Of a stretch of DNA of 64,000 nucleotides, positions 1-14,032 are shown piece after piece. Numbering within the stretch: position 1 is the stretch's first letter; each line of letters starts with the position of its first letter. This stretch comes from the human T2T-CHM13v2.0 reference genome, Homo sapiens. The notes beneath the pieces were generated by a model that had not been told where the DNA came from, searched no databases, and saw only the letters and a program-made list of their open reading frames with translations. Made by a program: the position numbers and the translations under genes. The DNA is taken from positions 14,048,001-14,112,000 of the forward strand of contig CP068257.2 in the NCBI GenBank assembly GCA_009914755.4, in the 5' to 3' direction.

Positions 1-636
1 AATTGTAAATCAATTCATGAAAGTTACACATTGGTTTAGGCTAAAAATCTGAACAGACGTTTCTTGAAGTGAGGAGTTTACAGGTTGTAGATTGATTCAA
101 AGGTTTTCAGATTTGCAACTGATTCAGGAGGTGAGGTTTTGTCTAAAAATTTGAGATCAGCAGAAAAGAATGTTAGCTCTAGCTCCTGGGTAGGACCTTC
201 TTCAGGCCCCTCAGGAAGAAATTTAGAACAAAGAACAGAGGTCGGAGTTCAGTCCTCACCTCCCCCTTTTCTGAGGCCTAAATGCCAGTAGATCCATCTG
301 GTGGGTTCCTGGTCGGATGCCAGTTTCTGAAAGACAACTCAGGCACATCTGTTAAGATGTCATCTTTAGTTTCCATGGAAAAAGCAAACATCTTCAGAGC
401 TCTAACTTCTTTGATTATTGTCTTAAGCTACTATTATCTTCCTGTTTAAAAAACTATTTATTTACTTTTCTGCTAGCTAGATTCCTGGAATTTCCCTTGA
501 AGAAACCAAGCATTTTCCTTTATGTCTATGCTTGGGGGTCCATAGTTCCCTAAAAAGAGGGTCCCTGCTCGTCTTACCTATGTAATAAAAGAAAAAAGTC
601 CACACATGTCAGAAACGGGTTTGGCAATAACTCTCT

Positions 637-714
637 TAGGTTGGTGCAAAAGTAATTGCAGTTTTTGCCATTAAAAGTAATGGGAAAACTGCAATTACTT
701 TTGGACCAACCTAA
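637..714. mobile_element. MADE1 (mariner-derived MITE), near full-length ~78 bp palindromic element
   Basis: ttaggttggtgcaaaagtaattgcagtttttgccattaaaagtaatgggaaaactgcaattacttttggaccaacctaa matches the MADE1 consensus (TTAGGTTGGTGCAAAAGTAATTGCGG...CCGCAATTACTTTTGCACCAACCTAA), including the terminal inverted repeats. Confidence 0.75.
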
Positions 715-2154
715 TATTCATTTTTAATCCAGTCGGCGGGTTGTGAACTAAAAAGAAAGACAGCAGTTTGAGCTCACAACCTGCTGATAAACGTTTTTGC
801 AGAGGAAAGGGTAAGATAGAGAGAAAGTGATTGTTGCACTGCTCAATTGACCACAAATGTATATTGCCCCAAAGAATACATCAGAATCAAACCCACGGTG
901 ACTTTTTTGAAATTTTACTTCGATATACCATTGACATAAACTGTAATTGGAAAGCTACCAGTTTTTCTCCCAAAACAAAGCCAAATATGAGAACAACAAA
1001 CTAACTATATTTGTGTACAGCAACTGTAGTGGTATAGCTTCTCAAATTCTTGAAGAAGGGTCTTATGTTTAATGAACAAGAAATATTTTCAAAGTTGGAA
1101 ATTACTCTCATTTAAAGAGAAGGGTTCTCATTTTCCCATGAATTTTCTCATGAAACAGTATGCTTTCCTACACAAATATTGTATCTATAATATCATATGT
1201 GAATATTCATATTCATAAATGCCAAATTATTGATGACTCTTTTGCTTCATATGTGTATTATAGTTACTCCAAAATATTTTTTCATGATCCAGTATTGCCA
1301 TAAAATAAAGACTGCAGATTCTAGTTAGCAAAGATTCTGAAACCAATCTTCAGTCAAAGGAATATAAAACGTAGCATGATGCTAAGTTTATGGATCTAGT
1401 GTACTAAGGAGAGGAAGCAACTAGGAAAGGTTATCTACTATTTTGTGGAAGAAATAAAGACCTACAAAGGTTGCTTTTTGGGTTGTTTAATAGTCTATGC
1501 ATTGTGTGGATGTGCAATATTAATTTAGGTGGACATAAATTCTTTTTGTCCCTTTACTATTTCCTATATCCATCCCTCCCCATCACCAAAATAAGTTAGT
1601 TGGCTACTATTTAGGGCTACTATTTACTTTTACTAAGTTAAGAAGTGAGCCCATATCATCCTAGATGGTCCAGGGAACAGTTAGTGTAATACATTCACTG
1701 ATGTGTTTTTTGAGGGGAAAACACGAGTCCCTCAGGAAATCCTGATGCAGTTGACCTTTCTCTGGTGTCTGTTTCCTGGGGCAATGCTTGAATGTGGTTA
1801 AGCACACTTTTGCCTCATCGGCTCCTCCACTGCCACTTCCAACCACTCCTCCACTAGCTTCTAGGACTGGTCCATTTGGCATTTCAATAAATGTTCCCAA
1901 GGTTGGCTAATTTGTACCAATCATTGAGGAGTCTCTTGACCTATCTGAGGTAGCAATACTGGAAGCAGGGACAGATTCTGTTAAGTGTTGTATATCCTGT
2001 ATTGAAACTGAGGCTGATTCCATCAAAATTCAAGGGCAGATCCTCTAGAAGGTGCTGCTGTAGTTGCTGCAGCTGTTGCCTCTGGTGAAGATGGAGGAGT
2101 CCAGTACTAGCCACTTAAGGAGGTTCAACTATAGCCTTGCTTTCTATTTTTCCA

Positions 2155-3290
2155 GGACTTCCCATTAAAAGATATTTTGCAGACAAGCCACAGCCCGGGA
2201 GAAGATATATGCAAAATACACGTGTGATAAAGGACTTGCACCCATAATATACAAAGAATTCTTAAAACTCAGCAATAAAAAAATAGACAATGCAATTAAA
2301 AAGCAGGCAAAAATCTGAACAGACTCTTCACCAAAGAAGATGTGCAGCTGGCAAATAAGGATATGAAAAGGTGCTCCACATCATATGTTATTAGGAATTG
2401 CAAACTAAAACAACGAAAAACAACTACACACCTGTTAGAATGGCAAAAATCCAAAAACACTGATAAAATCAAATGTACACAAGGATCTGTCCTTCATTGC
2501 TTGTGGGAATGCAAAATGGCACCTTGAAAGACAATTTGGTGGTCTCTTACAAAGCTAAACTTCAGTCTTACCATACAATTCAGCAATAGTGCTCCTAAGT
2601 ATGTGGCCCAATAAATTGAAAACTCATGTTCACACAAAAACTTGCACATAATTACTTATAGCAGCTTTTTTTCATAATTGATGAAAATTGTAAACTGTCA
2701 AGATGTCCTTCAATAGGTGAAGAGATGAACAAACTGATATGTCAATAAAATGGAATATTATTCAGTGATAAAAAGAAACAAGGTATCAAGCCACATGGAG
2801 AACCTCAAAAGCCTATTGCTAAGTGAAAAAAACAAAAAGCCAATTTGGAAAGGCTACATGTTGAATCATCGCAAATGTATGACATTCTGGAAAAGACAAA
2901 ACTACAGAAACTGTAGAAAGATGAGTGTTTGTCAGAGGGAGGTAATTGAGGGAGGAATGAATAGATGGAGCACAGAGGACTTTTAGGGCATTAAAAGTAA
3001 ACTGTATGATATTATCATGGTGACTATATGACATTATGCATTTGTTAAAACCCACAGAACTGTACAACACCAAAAGTGAACCCTAAACTAAAGTACAGAC
3101 TTCAGTTAATATAATGGATGTATTAATATTGTTTCACAAATAGCAACAGATATACCACAACAATGCAAGATGTTAATAATGGGGGAAACTCCTGTGGTGG
3201 GTAGCAGAGGTATATGGGAACTCTCTGTACTCTGCTCAATAACTCTGTAAACCTAAAAATCTCTAAAAATTGAAGTCTGTTAGGGATGAA
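2155..3290 (+). mobile_element. Older L1 (L1PB/L1M-like) 3' end: ORF2 C-terminal region plus 3' UTR
   Basis: Colinear with the L1 3' region (…gcaaactaaaacaacgaaaa…ggaatgcaaaatggcacc…atgtcaataaaatggaatattattcagtgataaaaag…). The ORF2 reading frame is degraded, so this is an old copy. Confidence 0.65.
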
Positions 3291-4589
3291 ATAATTTTTA
3301 GATACATGGTAAAGAAAAGAAAAGATACTTTACTGCTCTGCCAGCGTTGTTGAAACTAGTTTTGAGAGCTGTAATTATTTGTTCCTGGTCATAACATGTT
3401 TACATGATCTCATTACCCTATTTTTATAAGGTCAATCTGTCATTAATGTTCTTGATGCATCTTCAAAATGTTTTCCAGAGAAAAATCTTCTAATGAGTTC
3501 TCAGTTGATATTGGGCTACTAATCACTGATGTTCTCACTGACTTTTCTGCAAGTTTCTCTTGTTTAGTTGCACTACTAGGTGCAGGTGCAGAAGATACTG
3601 TCTTTGATGCTGGAGTGATGGGTACAGCCGCACAAGTGGCAAGCAAAGCAAAGACAGAGGCTGGGACTTGAGCCACAGCTGCTGTTATAGTTGAAACAAC
3701 TGCAGCAGCAGTGGCAGGATTCGATCACTGGGTTGTAGACGGGGCTGGTGCTGCCACTGCTTTGGGATACCATCATAACCATCATAAAGCTTTCCTTATT
3801 AAGATCATATTCTTTAAAGCCAGTATCATCATTCGGGTTTTGCCTCAAGCAACTTATTTTTGTCCCACTACCTAAAATGCATTATTCACTCTCACTTCTT
3901 TTGCTACAAAACTACAACCAACTCCAAAGGGTCTAGTCTCCTGCATTAAGCTGAATTTTGGAACCCAGGCCCTAACTGAGCCCACAGCCCACAGTACATA
4001 CATATCCCCAGAGCCAGACTCCTACTTCTGTTACATCTGCCTTGGGTTCTTACAGTCTACCAGGATAGAACTCAAGAGAGATCACCAAACATAACAGCAA
4101 AGGAAAGTTTACTTCAGCTTGTGCACAAGGGAGCCAGCACCAAGAAAGAAAGAGGAATGGGCTTCTCCCAAGGGTACTGTATGGGTTAGTTTTATAGAGT
4201 CTTTCAATAGGGAAGAGTTATGTCATGGCAGGTGTAGCAAGGGTTTTCCTAGTGGTTTCACAGTGGCTCAACATGCTTCTTCAGATGTTATATGTAGCAT
4301 TAACAATTTAAATCTCTGTCACTTGGTGTGAATTTTAGCATTAAAATGAGGAAGAGATAAATTCAGTTTGGAGTTTAAGTCTTACCAAGTATACAAGGAT
4401 CCAGGAAGTCCCTCATCCCCTGAGATGGAAGACTGTGGTTAATAGCTTCTTGGGTCTTTCATTACTGATTGACTGAGAGTTTAGGTAAGCTAGAGCTGGA
4501 GTGAGGGGCTTTTGCCCTTTTTCTCTAGACCATCTTAAAATAGGGAATCAACCAACCTGCCTGTCTCACCCCCTACCGCCATGTCACAG

Positions 4590-6575
4590 CACATTGTCCA
4601 GGCCTCTAGAAAGCTCTTCTCTGCTAAGGAAGTCAAATTTTCTCTGTTTGCAGATGACATGATTGCATATTTAGAAAACTCCATCATCTCAGCCCAAAAT
4701 CTCCTTAAGCTGATAAGCAACTTCAGCCAAGTCTGAGGATACAAAATCAATGTGCAAAAATCACAAGAATTCCTATACACCAATAATAGACAGACAGAGA
4801 GCCAAATCATAAGTGAACTCTCATGCACAATTGCTACAAAGAGAATAAAATACCTAGGAATACAACTTACAAGGATGTGAAGGACCTCTTCAAGGAGAAC
4901 TACAAACCTTTCCTCAAGGAAATAAGAGAGGACATAAACAAATGGAAAAACGTTCCATGCTCATGGAAAGAAAGAATCAATATCTTGAAAATGGCCATGC
5001 TGCCCAAGGTAATTTACAGATTCAATGCTATCCCCATCAAGCTACCATTAACTTTCTTCACAGAATGAGAAAAAACTACTTTAAATTTCATATGGAACCA
5101 AAAAAGAGCCTGTATAGCCAAGACAATCCTAAACAAAAAGAACAAAGCTGGAGACATCACATTACCTGACTTCAAACTATACAACAAGGCTACAGTAACC
5201 AAAACAACATGGTACTGGTACCAAAACAGATATATAGACCAATGGGACAGAATAGAAGCTTCAGAAATAACGCCACATATCTACAACCATCTGATCTTTG
5301 ACAAACCTGACAAAAACAAGCAATGGGGCAAGGATTCCCTATTTATTAAATGATGCTGGGAAAACTGGCTAGCCATATGCAGAAAACTGAAACTGGACCC
5401 CTTCCTTACACCTTATACAAAAATTAACTCAAGATAGAGTAAAGACTTAAATGTAAGAGCTAAAACCATAAAAACCCTAGAAGAAAACATAGACAATACC
5501 ATTCAGGACATAGGCATGGACAAAGACTTCATGACTAAAACACCAAAAGCAATGGCAACAAAAGCCAAAATTGACAAATGGAATCTAATTAAACTAAAGA
5601 GCTTCTGCACAGCAAAAAAAACTACCATCAGAGTGAACAAGCAACCTACACAATGGGAGAAAATTTTTGCATCTATCCATCTGTCAAAGGGCTAGAATCC
5701 AGAATCTATAAAGAACTTAAGCAAATTTACAAGAAAAAAACAAACAACCCCATCAAAAAGTGGGTGACATTTATGTGGCCAACAAACATGAAAAAAAGCT
5801 CATCATCACTGGTCATTAGAGAAATGCAAATCAAAACCACAATGAGATACCATCTCATACCAGTTAGAATGGCAATCACTAAAAAGTCAGGAAACAACAG
5901 ATGCTGGAGAGGATGTGGAGAGATAGGAATGCTTTTACATTGTTGGTGGGAGTGTAAATTAGTTCAACCATTGAAAGACAGTGTCATTGTGGAAGACAGT
6001 GGGGTGATTCCTCAAGGATCTGGAACCAGAAATACCATTTGACCCAGCAATCCCATTACTGGGTATATGCCCAAAGGATTATAAATCATTCTACTATAAA
6101 GACACATGCACATGTATGTTTATTGCAGCACTGTTCACAATAGCAAAGACTTGGAACCAATCCAAATGCCCATCAATGATAGACTGGATAAAGAAAATGT
6201 GGCACATATACACCATGGAGTACTATACAGCCATAAAAAAGAATGAGTTCCTGTCTTTGTGGGGACATGGATGTAGCTGGAAACCATCATTCTCAGCAAA
6301 CTAACACAGGAACAGAAAACCAAACACTGCATGTTTTCACTCAAAAGCAGGAGTTGAACAATGAGAACACATGGACACAGGGAGGGGAACATCACACACT
6401 GGGGCCTGTCATGGGATGGGGGGCTAGGGGAGGGTTAGCATTAGGAGAAATACCTAATGTGAATGATAGGTTGATGGGTGGGGCAAACCACCATGGCACG
6501 TGTATACCTATGTAACAAACCTGCACGTTCTGCACATGTATCCCAGAACTTAAAGTATAATTTAAAAAAAAAGAA
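4590..6575 (+). mobile_element. L1PA-family L1, 5'-truncated, ~2 kb of ORF2 3' half plus 3' UTR and A-tail
   Basis: Translated ORFs match L1 ORF2 (…[24 protein letters not shown]…, …MWHIYTMEYYTAIKKNEF…). Ends in ctgcacatgtatcccagaacttaaagtataatttaaaaaaaaag. Confidence 0.85.
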
Positions 6576-6920
6576 AGCTTTTCTCTCCTAGATCCACTGC
6601 CACACCCTGCCCAAATTATCTTTTAAATGACTAAATAGAATCATTATATTTTCCACTAGCATGAATTCTCAGCACCCTAAAATAAAATAAATGTTAAATT
6701 AAAGAGACACAGTTCACACTGAGAAAATTATATGATGCTATATTTAAAAAAAAAATATTTTTAACTATTATTTTTTAATCCCCTTTTGCTTTTCAGCATT
6801 TATGATCTAGTACCTGGCCATAGTAACATCCAAATGTGCTCATGGAGAGGCTTAGGGAGGAATAGGTTTAATCAAAAGTTCAGTTCTGGAAAATTTATAT
6901 ACGTTTGAGGTGATCATGGA

Positions 6921-7296
6921 TGTATTAGTCCATTCTCATGCCGCTAATAAAGACATACCTGAGACTGGGTAATTTCTAAAGGAAAGAAGTTTAATTGATT
7001 CACAGTTCAGCATACCTGGTGAGGCCTCGGGAAACTTACAATCATGACAGAAGGGGAAGCAAATACATCCTTCACATGGTGGCAGGAAAGAGAAGGGCAG
7101 AGCAAAGTTGGGGAAAGCCCCTTATAAAACCATCAGATCTCATGAGAACTTACTCACTATCACGAGAACAGCATGGGGGACCACCCCCATGATCTAATCA
7201 CCTCCCACCAGGTCCCTCCCCCAACACGTGGGAATTATAATTCGGATTACAATTCAAGATGAGATTTGGGTGGGGACACAGAGCCAGACCATATCA
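6921..7296 (-). mobile_element. MaLR solo LTR, THE1/MST type
   Basis: The plus strand is the reverse complement of the THE1 consensus: tgtattagtccattctcatgc…gggattacaattcaagatgagatttgggtggggacacagagccagaccatatca. Length is ~375 bp. Confidence 0.8.
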
Positions 7297-10058
7297 GATG
7301 TCCATGTGGAGTTGCTGCATAGGCAGATACTAATTTTAGAATTTTTATAGAGATAGCATGAAAGCCATGGGGCTAAATAAAATTACCTAGTAAGTGAATA
7401 AAGAGAAAAATAAGCCTCTGAGGCAAACCAGTTTAGAAATTATGCAGATAAGGAAGAACCAGAGGTTGCAAAAGAGATTGATAAGGAGCAGCCAATGAGA
7501 TAGAAAGAGAATCAAGAGTGAGGAAGATCCTGGCTTGGAGCAAAGAATGTGTTTCAAGAAGGAAGGGATGATCATTTGTGTCAAAACATGTTTAGAGGTT
7601 CAAAAACTGTTCATAGGTTAGACAATATAGGACTGAGATTTGGCTATTGCATTTGGCGTCATGCAGGTCATTGGCGATCTTGAACAATCAGTTCCTGCAG
7701 AGAGAAAGAGACAGGAGGCAGATCAGAGTAGGTTTGGGAGACTATGGGAAAAGAGAAATTGCAGACAATTAGTAGAGACAGTGATTTTTCAGAAGTTTAG
7801 CTGTAAAGGGTAGCAAAGAAATGGAAAATGGTGCTGAAGGATATGTGGAATCAAGGTGAGTTTGCTGTAATTTTTTTTATATGGAAGAAAGAAGACACAA
7901 CTGCAGGAGTGAAGCCCTTGAGCAGGTGAGAAGTGATGAGAAGCAGTGCACAAGAGGAGTATTTAGCCTTAGGACCAAGGACAGTCTATCAGTTTTAACT
8001 ACAGGAAAGAATATAGGGTATGTGAGTACAGGTACAAGTTGGCAGATTTTTATTTATTTTTCCATGAAATAAGAACCAAGGCCATCAGTTAAGAATAAGG
8101 AGCAGGGAGGTGGTTTTGGAGACTTTTGTAGAGAGGAGAATGTGCGAAATAGTTGTGAGACAGTGGAGGATTTACCCGTCTCAGGGAAAGCTGACAAACT
8201 CTTCTCTTAGGCAAGTCAGATACCTATCCAGGGGATTCTCAGATGGATAAAATAGTTTGAGCCTTTCAGTAGAGTTTCATTTCATTAGAAAAACCAAGAA
8301 ATACTAATTAGTTTCCATCCTTCATTAACTGCATTCAAAAGCACTAAAATAAATAATTTGCCTATTTCATTGTCCAACAGAATTTCACGGTTTGACCCAG
8401 CCAAGAATACAACTCCATTTCAATGTATTTCTATTTGAGCCTAAATTTATAGAACAATTCAGGAAACCATCAAGATTATTGAGTCATACAGAAGCATCTT
8501 TCTTCCCAGTGTTTGCTGATTGAGACCATAGCCTTAGATGAAGGGTCTCATCTCTGACCCAAAATTGGCCTGGAAAATGAGACAAGATATCAAATTATTA
8601 TAGAGCAGCTCAAATAAGGAAAACCTTCATTATACTATGCCAAAGTAAGGATCACTGAAACTTGGACAATGTCGATGGTTTGTTACTACATCTATCCATG
8701 ACACTTTGTACTAACAAAAAAGAAAAGAAAATTGAATTATCTTTATTTGTAGTAACACTTTCCCTTTAAACCAAAGCAGCTTCAATAATCAAAATAATCC
8801 TAGGATTGTGACACTAAATGTTATTTTCAAAATATTTTAGGTCAGTTAACCAAAATAAATGTTCAGAATGCTGAACTTGATCAGAGTTTTCAGATGTCAT
8901 GAGTTATTTCAAGAAATATACTAATGCCCAAAGTAAACTGATAGAATAAAATAAAAGCCAACATTACTCTTGATTAATGGGAATACAAATAATGTAACGA
9001 CTAAGGAAGGTTTTACAAAATGACAGAGATTGGGATTGCTATATTTATGAATTGACAAGCAATTGCTCTATAAATTAAATAACAAAAATCAATTTTAACT
9101 GTTAACTGTCAACAATAAAAAATTGCCCAAAATTTAAACATTAAACTTCCACTAATATTTATCACTAACAACTTTTCTAAAAAAAAATTGAAGTTTTAAA
9201 ATATAGCTAAGTGATAGGATATGCAACTGTAATAAATTACTTTGAAATCTTGAATTTAACTATTACATTTGCCTACAAGCTTAGAAATATATGAGTAGAA
9301 GTAATTTAGATAGAATTCTGGTTTCTGCTCTGATATTAAAGAGCTTAGAATTTATTACTGTTATCCTCACAGGGAAAAAGTGGTCAGATAGAACATTAAC
9401 TTTTCTTGAACCCATCAGAGACCTGAGGTCACAGGGCAAGTTGCCAGAAATCTGAAGAGATGGGAGACACGGCTGAGACCTGCTTATCTGAAACAAAAGC
9501 AAGGGGAGTTTTAACTGGAAGGAACACTGAAATGATAATGTTGGTAAATGGTTTCAGGCAGAATATGGGCTAAGGTTACTGTGAGAAACTCCCAGGGGCT
9601 GGAGACTTGAGGGACATTTCATAGGTTTTGCTTCTAGTACCTCCACCATGTTCTCACGATGAAGATCCAACAAAGATTCCTGTGGCTGTGGCAGGGGTAG
9701 AGGAAGAGTCATCATTATAAAATAAGCCTATTCTCCTGGAAAAACAACTTCACCAGAACCTTATTCCAGCTGGTGGGAGGGAATTCTTCCTACTCCACCC
9801 GCTCCAGGATTGCTGTTTTACTAAAGAGTGGGTAAGGTGAGGGAGTATGAGGGGGAGACACAGTCAACAGAAGTAGGAGCTTCAAGGAAGCAGGTTGCAG
9901 CCAGGAGAGGGAGGAGAAGGCCTGAGTGGCAGAAGCTATACTGCTGGAGAAACACCTGTGAAGGTCATAGTCCAAGGACAAAGGACCACTGATACACTGA
10001 AATTTAATCAAAAGATTAGAGAATGCTCCCCACTCTGCCATACCATACCACACTGCTG

Positions 10059-10477
10059 TTGTTTAAATATTTGTCTCCTCCAAAACTCTTGATGAAATTT
10101 AATCCCCAGTGTGGCAGTATTGAGATGTGAGGCCTTCGAGATGTGATTGGGTCATGAGGGCTCTGTCCTCATGAGTGGATGAATTCATTAATGAATGAAT
10201 GGATTAATGGGTTATCATGGGAGTGGGATTGGTGGCTTTATAAACAGAGAAAGAGAGATCTGAAGGAGCACACTTGGTCAGTCCCCTTGCCATGAGATGG
10301 CCTGTGCCATCTTGGGATTCTGCAGAGAGTCCCCACCAGAAAGAAGGTTTTCATCAGATACAGCTCCTTGACCTCAGACTTCTCAGCCTGCATAATGATA
10401 AGAAATAAATTCATTTTCTTTATAAATAACCCAGTTTCAAGTATTCTATTATAAGCAACACAAAACAGACTAAGACA
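10059..10477 (+). mobile_element. MaLR solo LTR, MSTA-like
   Basis: Starts tgttgtttaaatatttgtctcctccaaaactcttgatgaaatttaatccccagtgtggcagt and ends …aataacccagtttcaagtattctattataagcaacacaaaacagactaagaca, the MSTA consensus termini. Confidence 0.7.
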
Positions 10478-10859
10478 CACACCAACAAAGCTAAAGTATT
10501 ATAGTGGGCTACACCTGAAAGAGCCACAAGGAGCAGACTCTCTTTGAGGAGGCATACTTAGGGGAGTCTGAGAGGGAAAACAAAAACAAGGGCAGTAGAA
10601 GACTTAAGCCTTTTCACATTTATGGTTAATGTAAATTTCCATGCTAAAGGTCTGTTTTTTCTCAATTCCTATTACTCATATGTGTCATTTGCACCTATCA
10701 ATACAAAATTACAAGGTCTGATGATAAAGCAAGAAAACACATAGTTTGAAGAGGTAAAGCAAGCATTAGAACTAGACCCAGATATGACACACATTTTTGA
10801 ATTATCAGATAGGGAATCTTAAATAATTATTATTAATATGTTAAGAGGTCCTAATGGAA

Positions 10860-11070
10860 AAAGTAGACAATGTGCAAAAATAGATGACTAATGCAAGCAG
10901 AGAGATAGAAAATCTAAGAAAGAATCAAGAGGAAATGCAAGAAATCCAAAACACTGTAACAGATATGATGAATAATGAGGTATGCACTCATCAGCAGACT
11001 CGACATGGCCATGGAAAGAATCAGTGAGCTTGAAGACAAGTCAGTAGAAATAACTAAAGTATCTAAAAAT
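10860..11070 (+). mobile_element. Short fragment of an old L1 5' region (ORF1 coiled-coil part)
   Basis: …gaaagaatcagtgagcttgaagacaag… and neighbouring sequence resemble the L1 ORF1 N-terminal region. Short and diverged. Confidence 0.4.
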
Positions 11071-12096
11071 TGGAAGAGACATTAAAAGTTGTCTACTGTA
11101 TCCATTTATTTAAGAACTGGTTTAAACACACGCCCTCTTTCCTGATGGGATTCCAATTATGTCAGTAATCATCTAATTCTCACTTTCAAGATTATTGCAA
11201 GCGTGTGATTTTAACATGACTATCATAGATAAAACAACTTTACCCATTCAAATACCATTTGGCCATTACTGAGCAATGTAACATACCAGTTATATACAGT
11301 TATAATTTAATTCAAAAAATTAAAAAGAGAGTCTACATTTTCCTCACTATTTGTGTAATATCTCGGCCAACTTTTTAACATCTCTGTATGATCATTTTTT
11401 AACTAAATGCCATATATTTTTCACACTGTACCCTTTACACTCAGCTAGCTACTGCTGCCTTGATACTTTCTGGGACTAAGGATGAGCTGTCAAACACTAT
11501 AACTAAGAGCTCTTATTTATGGCCTTGCTTCCTTGAACTCAGTATTTAGCTTTACTTCAGTCAGTGTCGATTTCAGTCCAGCTGTTCATGTTTGAGTATT
11601 TAGGTTACTTGCTTCCAAATACTCATGACACTGAACTATTGAAGGTCAAGTTACTGCTAAATGGACTGTTTTGTATATTATAATAGCAGAGGAATATTAT
11701 AGCAGTTTCATAAGATTATTAGCTTTTCCTACTTTCACAGACTATAATTGGCATTTAAGCTCATATTCATATATTCCCCATGCCCATAACTCTCATTTAT
11801 ATGTGTGATTCTGTGTTGTTATAGAGAGGGCTAAGAAGAGGTGGCCCAGGCCTTTAAGACATAATCAGACTATACCTGTGGTATTAGCCTCACCTTGGAA
11901 GCTTTTTAAAAATTCTATCATTCAAGCCTATTTGAGGTGGGACCTGTTTGAGTTGGGGCCTAGGCATTAATATTTTTAAAGCACTCTCCCAATAACTGTA
12001 ATGTGCAAACGGGGTTAGAACTCCTGAACTACTTTCTATAATAATAAAAATCTCACATAAATAGCTTTAAAAGAGATACATAAGAATGTCTCAAAC

Positions 12097-12165
12097 AAAC
12101 ACACACACACACACACACACTCCCTCCCTCTCTCTCACCCTCTTTCTCTCTCTCTCTCTCACACA
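12097..12165. repeat. (AC)n followed by (CT)n-rich microsatellite
   Basis: acacacacacacacacacacacac then tccctccctctctctcaccctctttctctctctctctctc. Confidence 0.9.
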
Positions 12166-12543
12166 AGATTTCACAGGATTGAGAGATCATATCCAATAAA
12201 AGTTCGCAACAAAGGCTCATGAGCGTAAAGGACTGCAAAGGTTTTGGACAGGAGGCCCTGACTGAGTGGAGGCACATTCCTGGCAGAGGGAAACTGTGAT
12301 GGAAGGAAGGGAAACCAATACACTTCACAAAGACCTTTTTGAACAACATTGAAAAGAAAAACCCAGAAGAGAATACAATAAGGAATTGTAGAAAATAAGA
12401 TGAGACAGGGAGCAGGGTCCCCAATTAAGAGGACATCAAACTTACATTTTAGGGTGCTGTCATTTTAAAGTGTTTCTAAAACACTGTAGTTTTTCATATT
12501 ATTTAAATGTACAGAAACTTAAACCTATGGTCCTGTTACCCAG

Positions 12544-12885
12544 TGATATGGTTAGGCTGTGTCCCCACATCTCATCTTGAATTCCCAGGTGTTGTGGGAG
12601 GGACCCAGTGGGAGGTGATTCAATAATGGGGGCGGGTCTTTCCTGTGCTGTTCTCTTGGTAGTAAATAAGTCTCACAAGATCTGATGTTTTTAAAAAGGG
12701 GGAGTTTCCCTGTACAAGCTCTCTTCTTTTGTCTGCCGCCATGTGAGACGTGTCTTTCACCTTCCACCATGATTGTGAGGCCTCCCCAGCCACGTAGAAC
12801 TGTTACTCCAATAAACTTCTTTCTTTTTTCAAATTGCCCAGTCTCAGGTATGTCTTTATCAGCAGCATGAGTACAGACTAATACA
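12544..12885 (+). mobile_element. MaLR solo LTR, THE1-type
   Basis: tgatatggttaggctgtgtccccacatctcatcttgaatt…attgcccagtctcaggtatgtctttatcagcagcatgagtacagactaatacac follows the THE1 consensus from the first to the last base, with a small internal deletion. Confidence 0.8.
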
Positions 12886-13116
12886 CCCAGCTTAGGAATA
12901 AAACACTATTAATGCAGTTGAAATCTCCTATGTTTTGTTCCATAATCATAATTAATTTCTCCCTTAGCAGAGATAATCATTATCCTACATTTGGTGTTTA
13001 TTATTCTTAAGCATTTCTTATACTCAGATGCATAGATATTACTTAGATAATACATAGATGCTTATGTTCCAAAACAAAACAAATACTCCAAGTTAAAAAA
13101 TATATTGTGAAGTTTA

Positions 13117-14032
<916 letters not shown>

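Noticed and set aside
5653-6515. ORFs of 62-137 codons at 5653-6042, 6116-6304, 17863-18276 and 25713-25961, and the 6243-6515 ORF in the L1 3' UTR
   Set aside because: Direct matches to L1 ORF2 (reverse transcriptase C-terminal region) within 5'-truncated L1 copies, or chance frames in the L1 3' UTR. They are transposon remnants, not host genes.
7300-8230. Stretch with a vaguely repeat-like feel (e.g. gtcattggcgatcttgaacaatcagttcctgcag…, gagtttgctgtaa…)
   Set aside because: It resembles ancient MER/DNA-transposon or L2-type relics, but I cannot align it to a consensus I remember well enough. I left it unannotated rather than guess a family.
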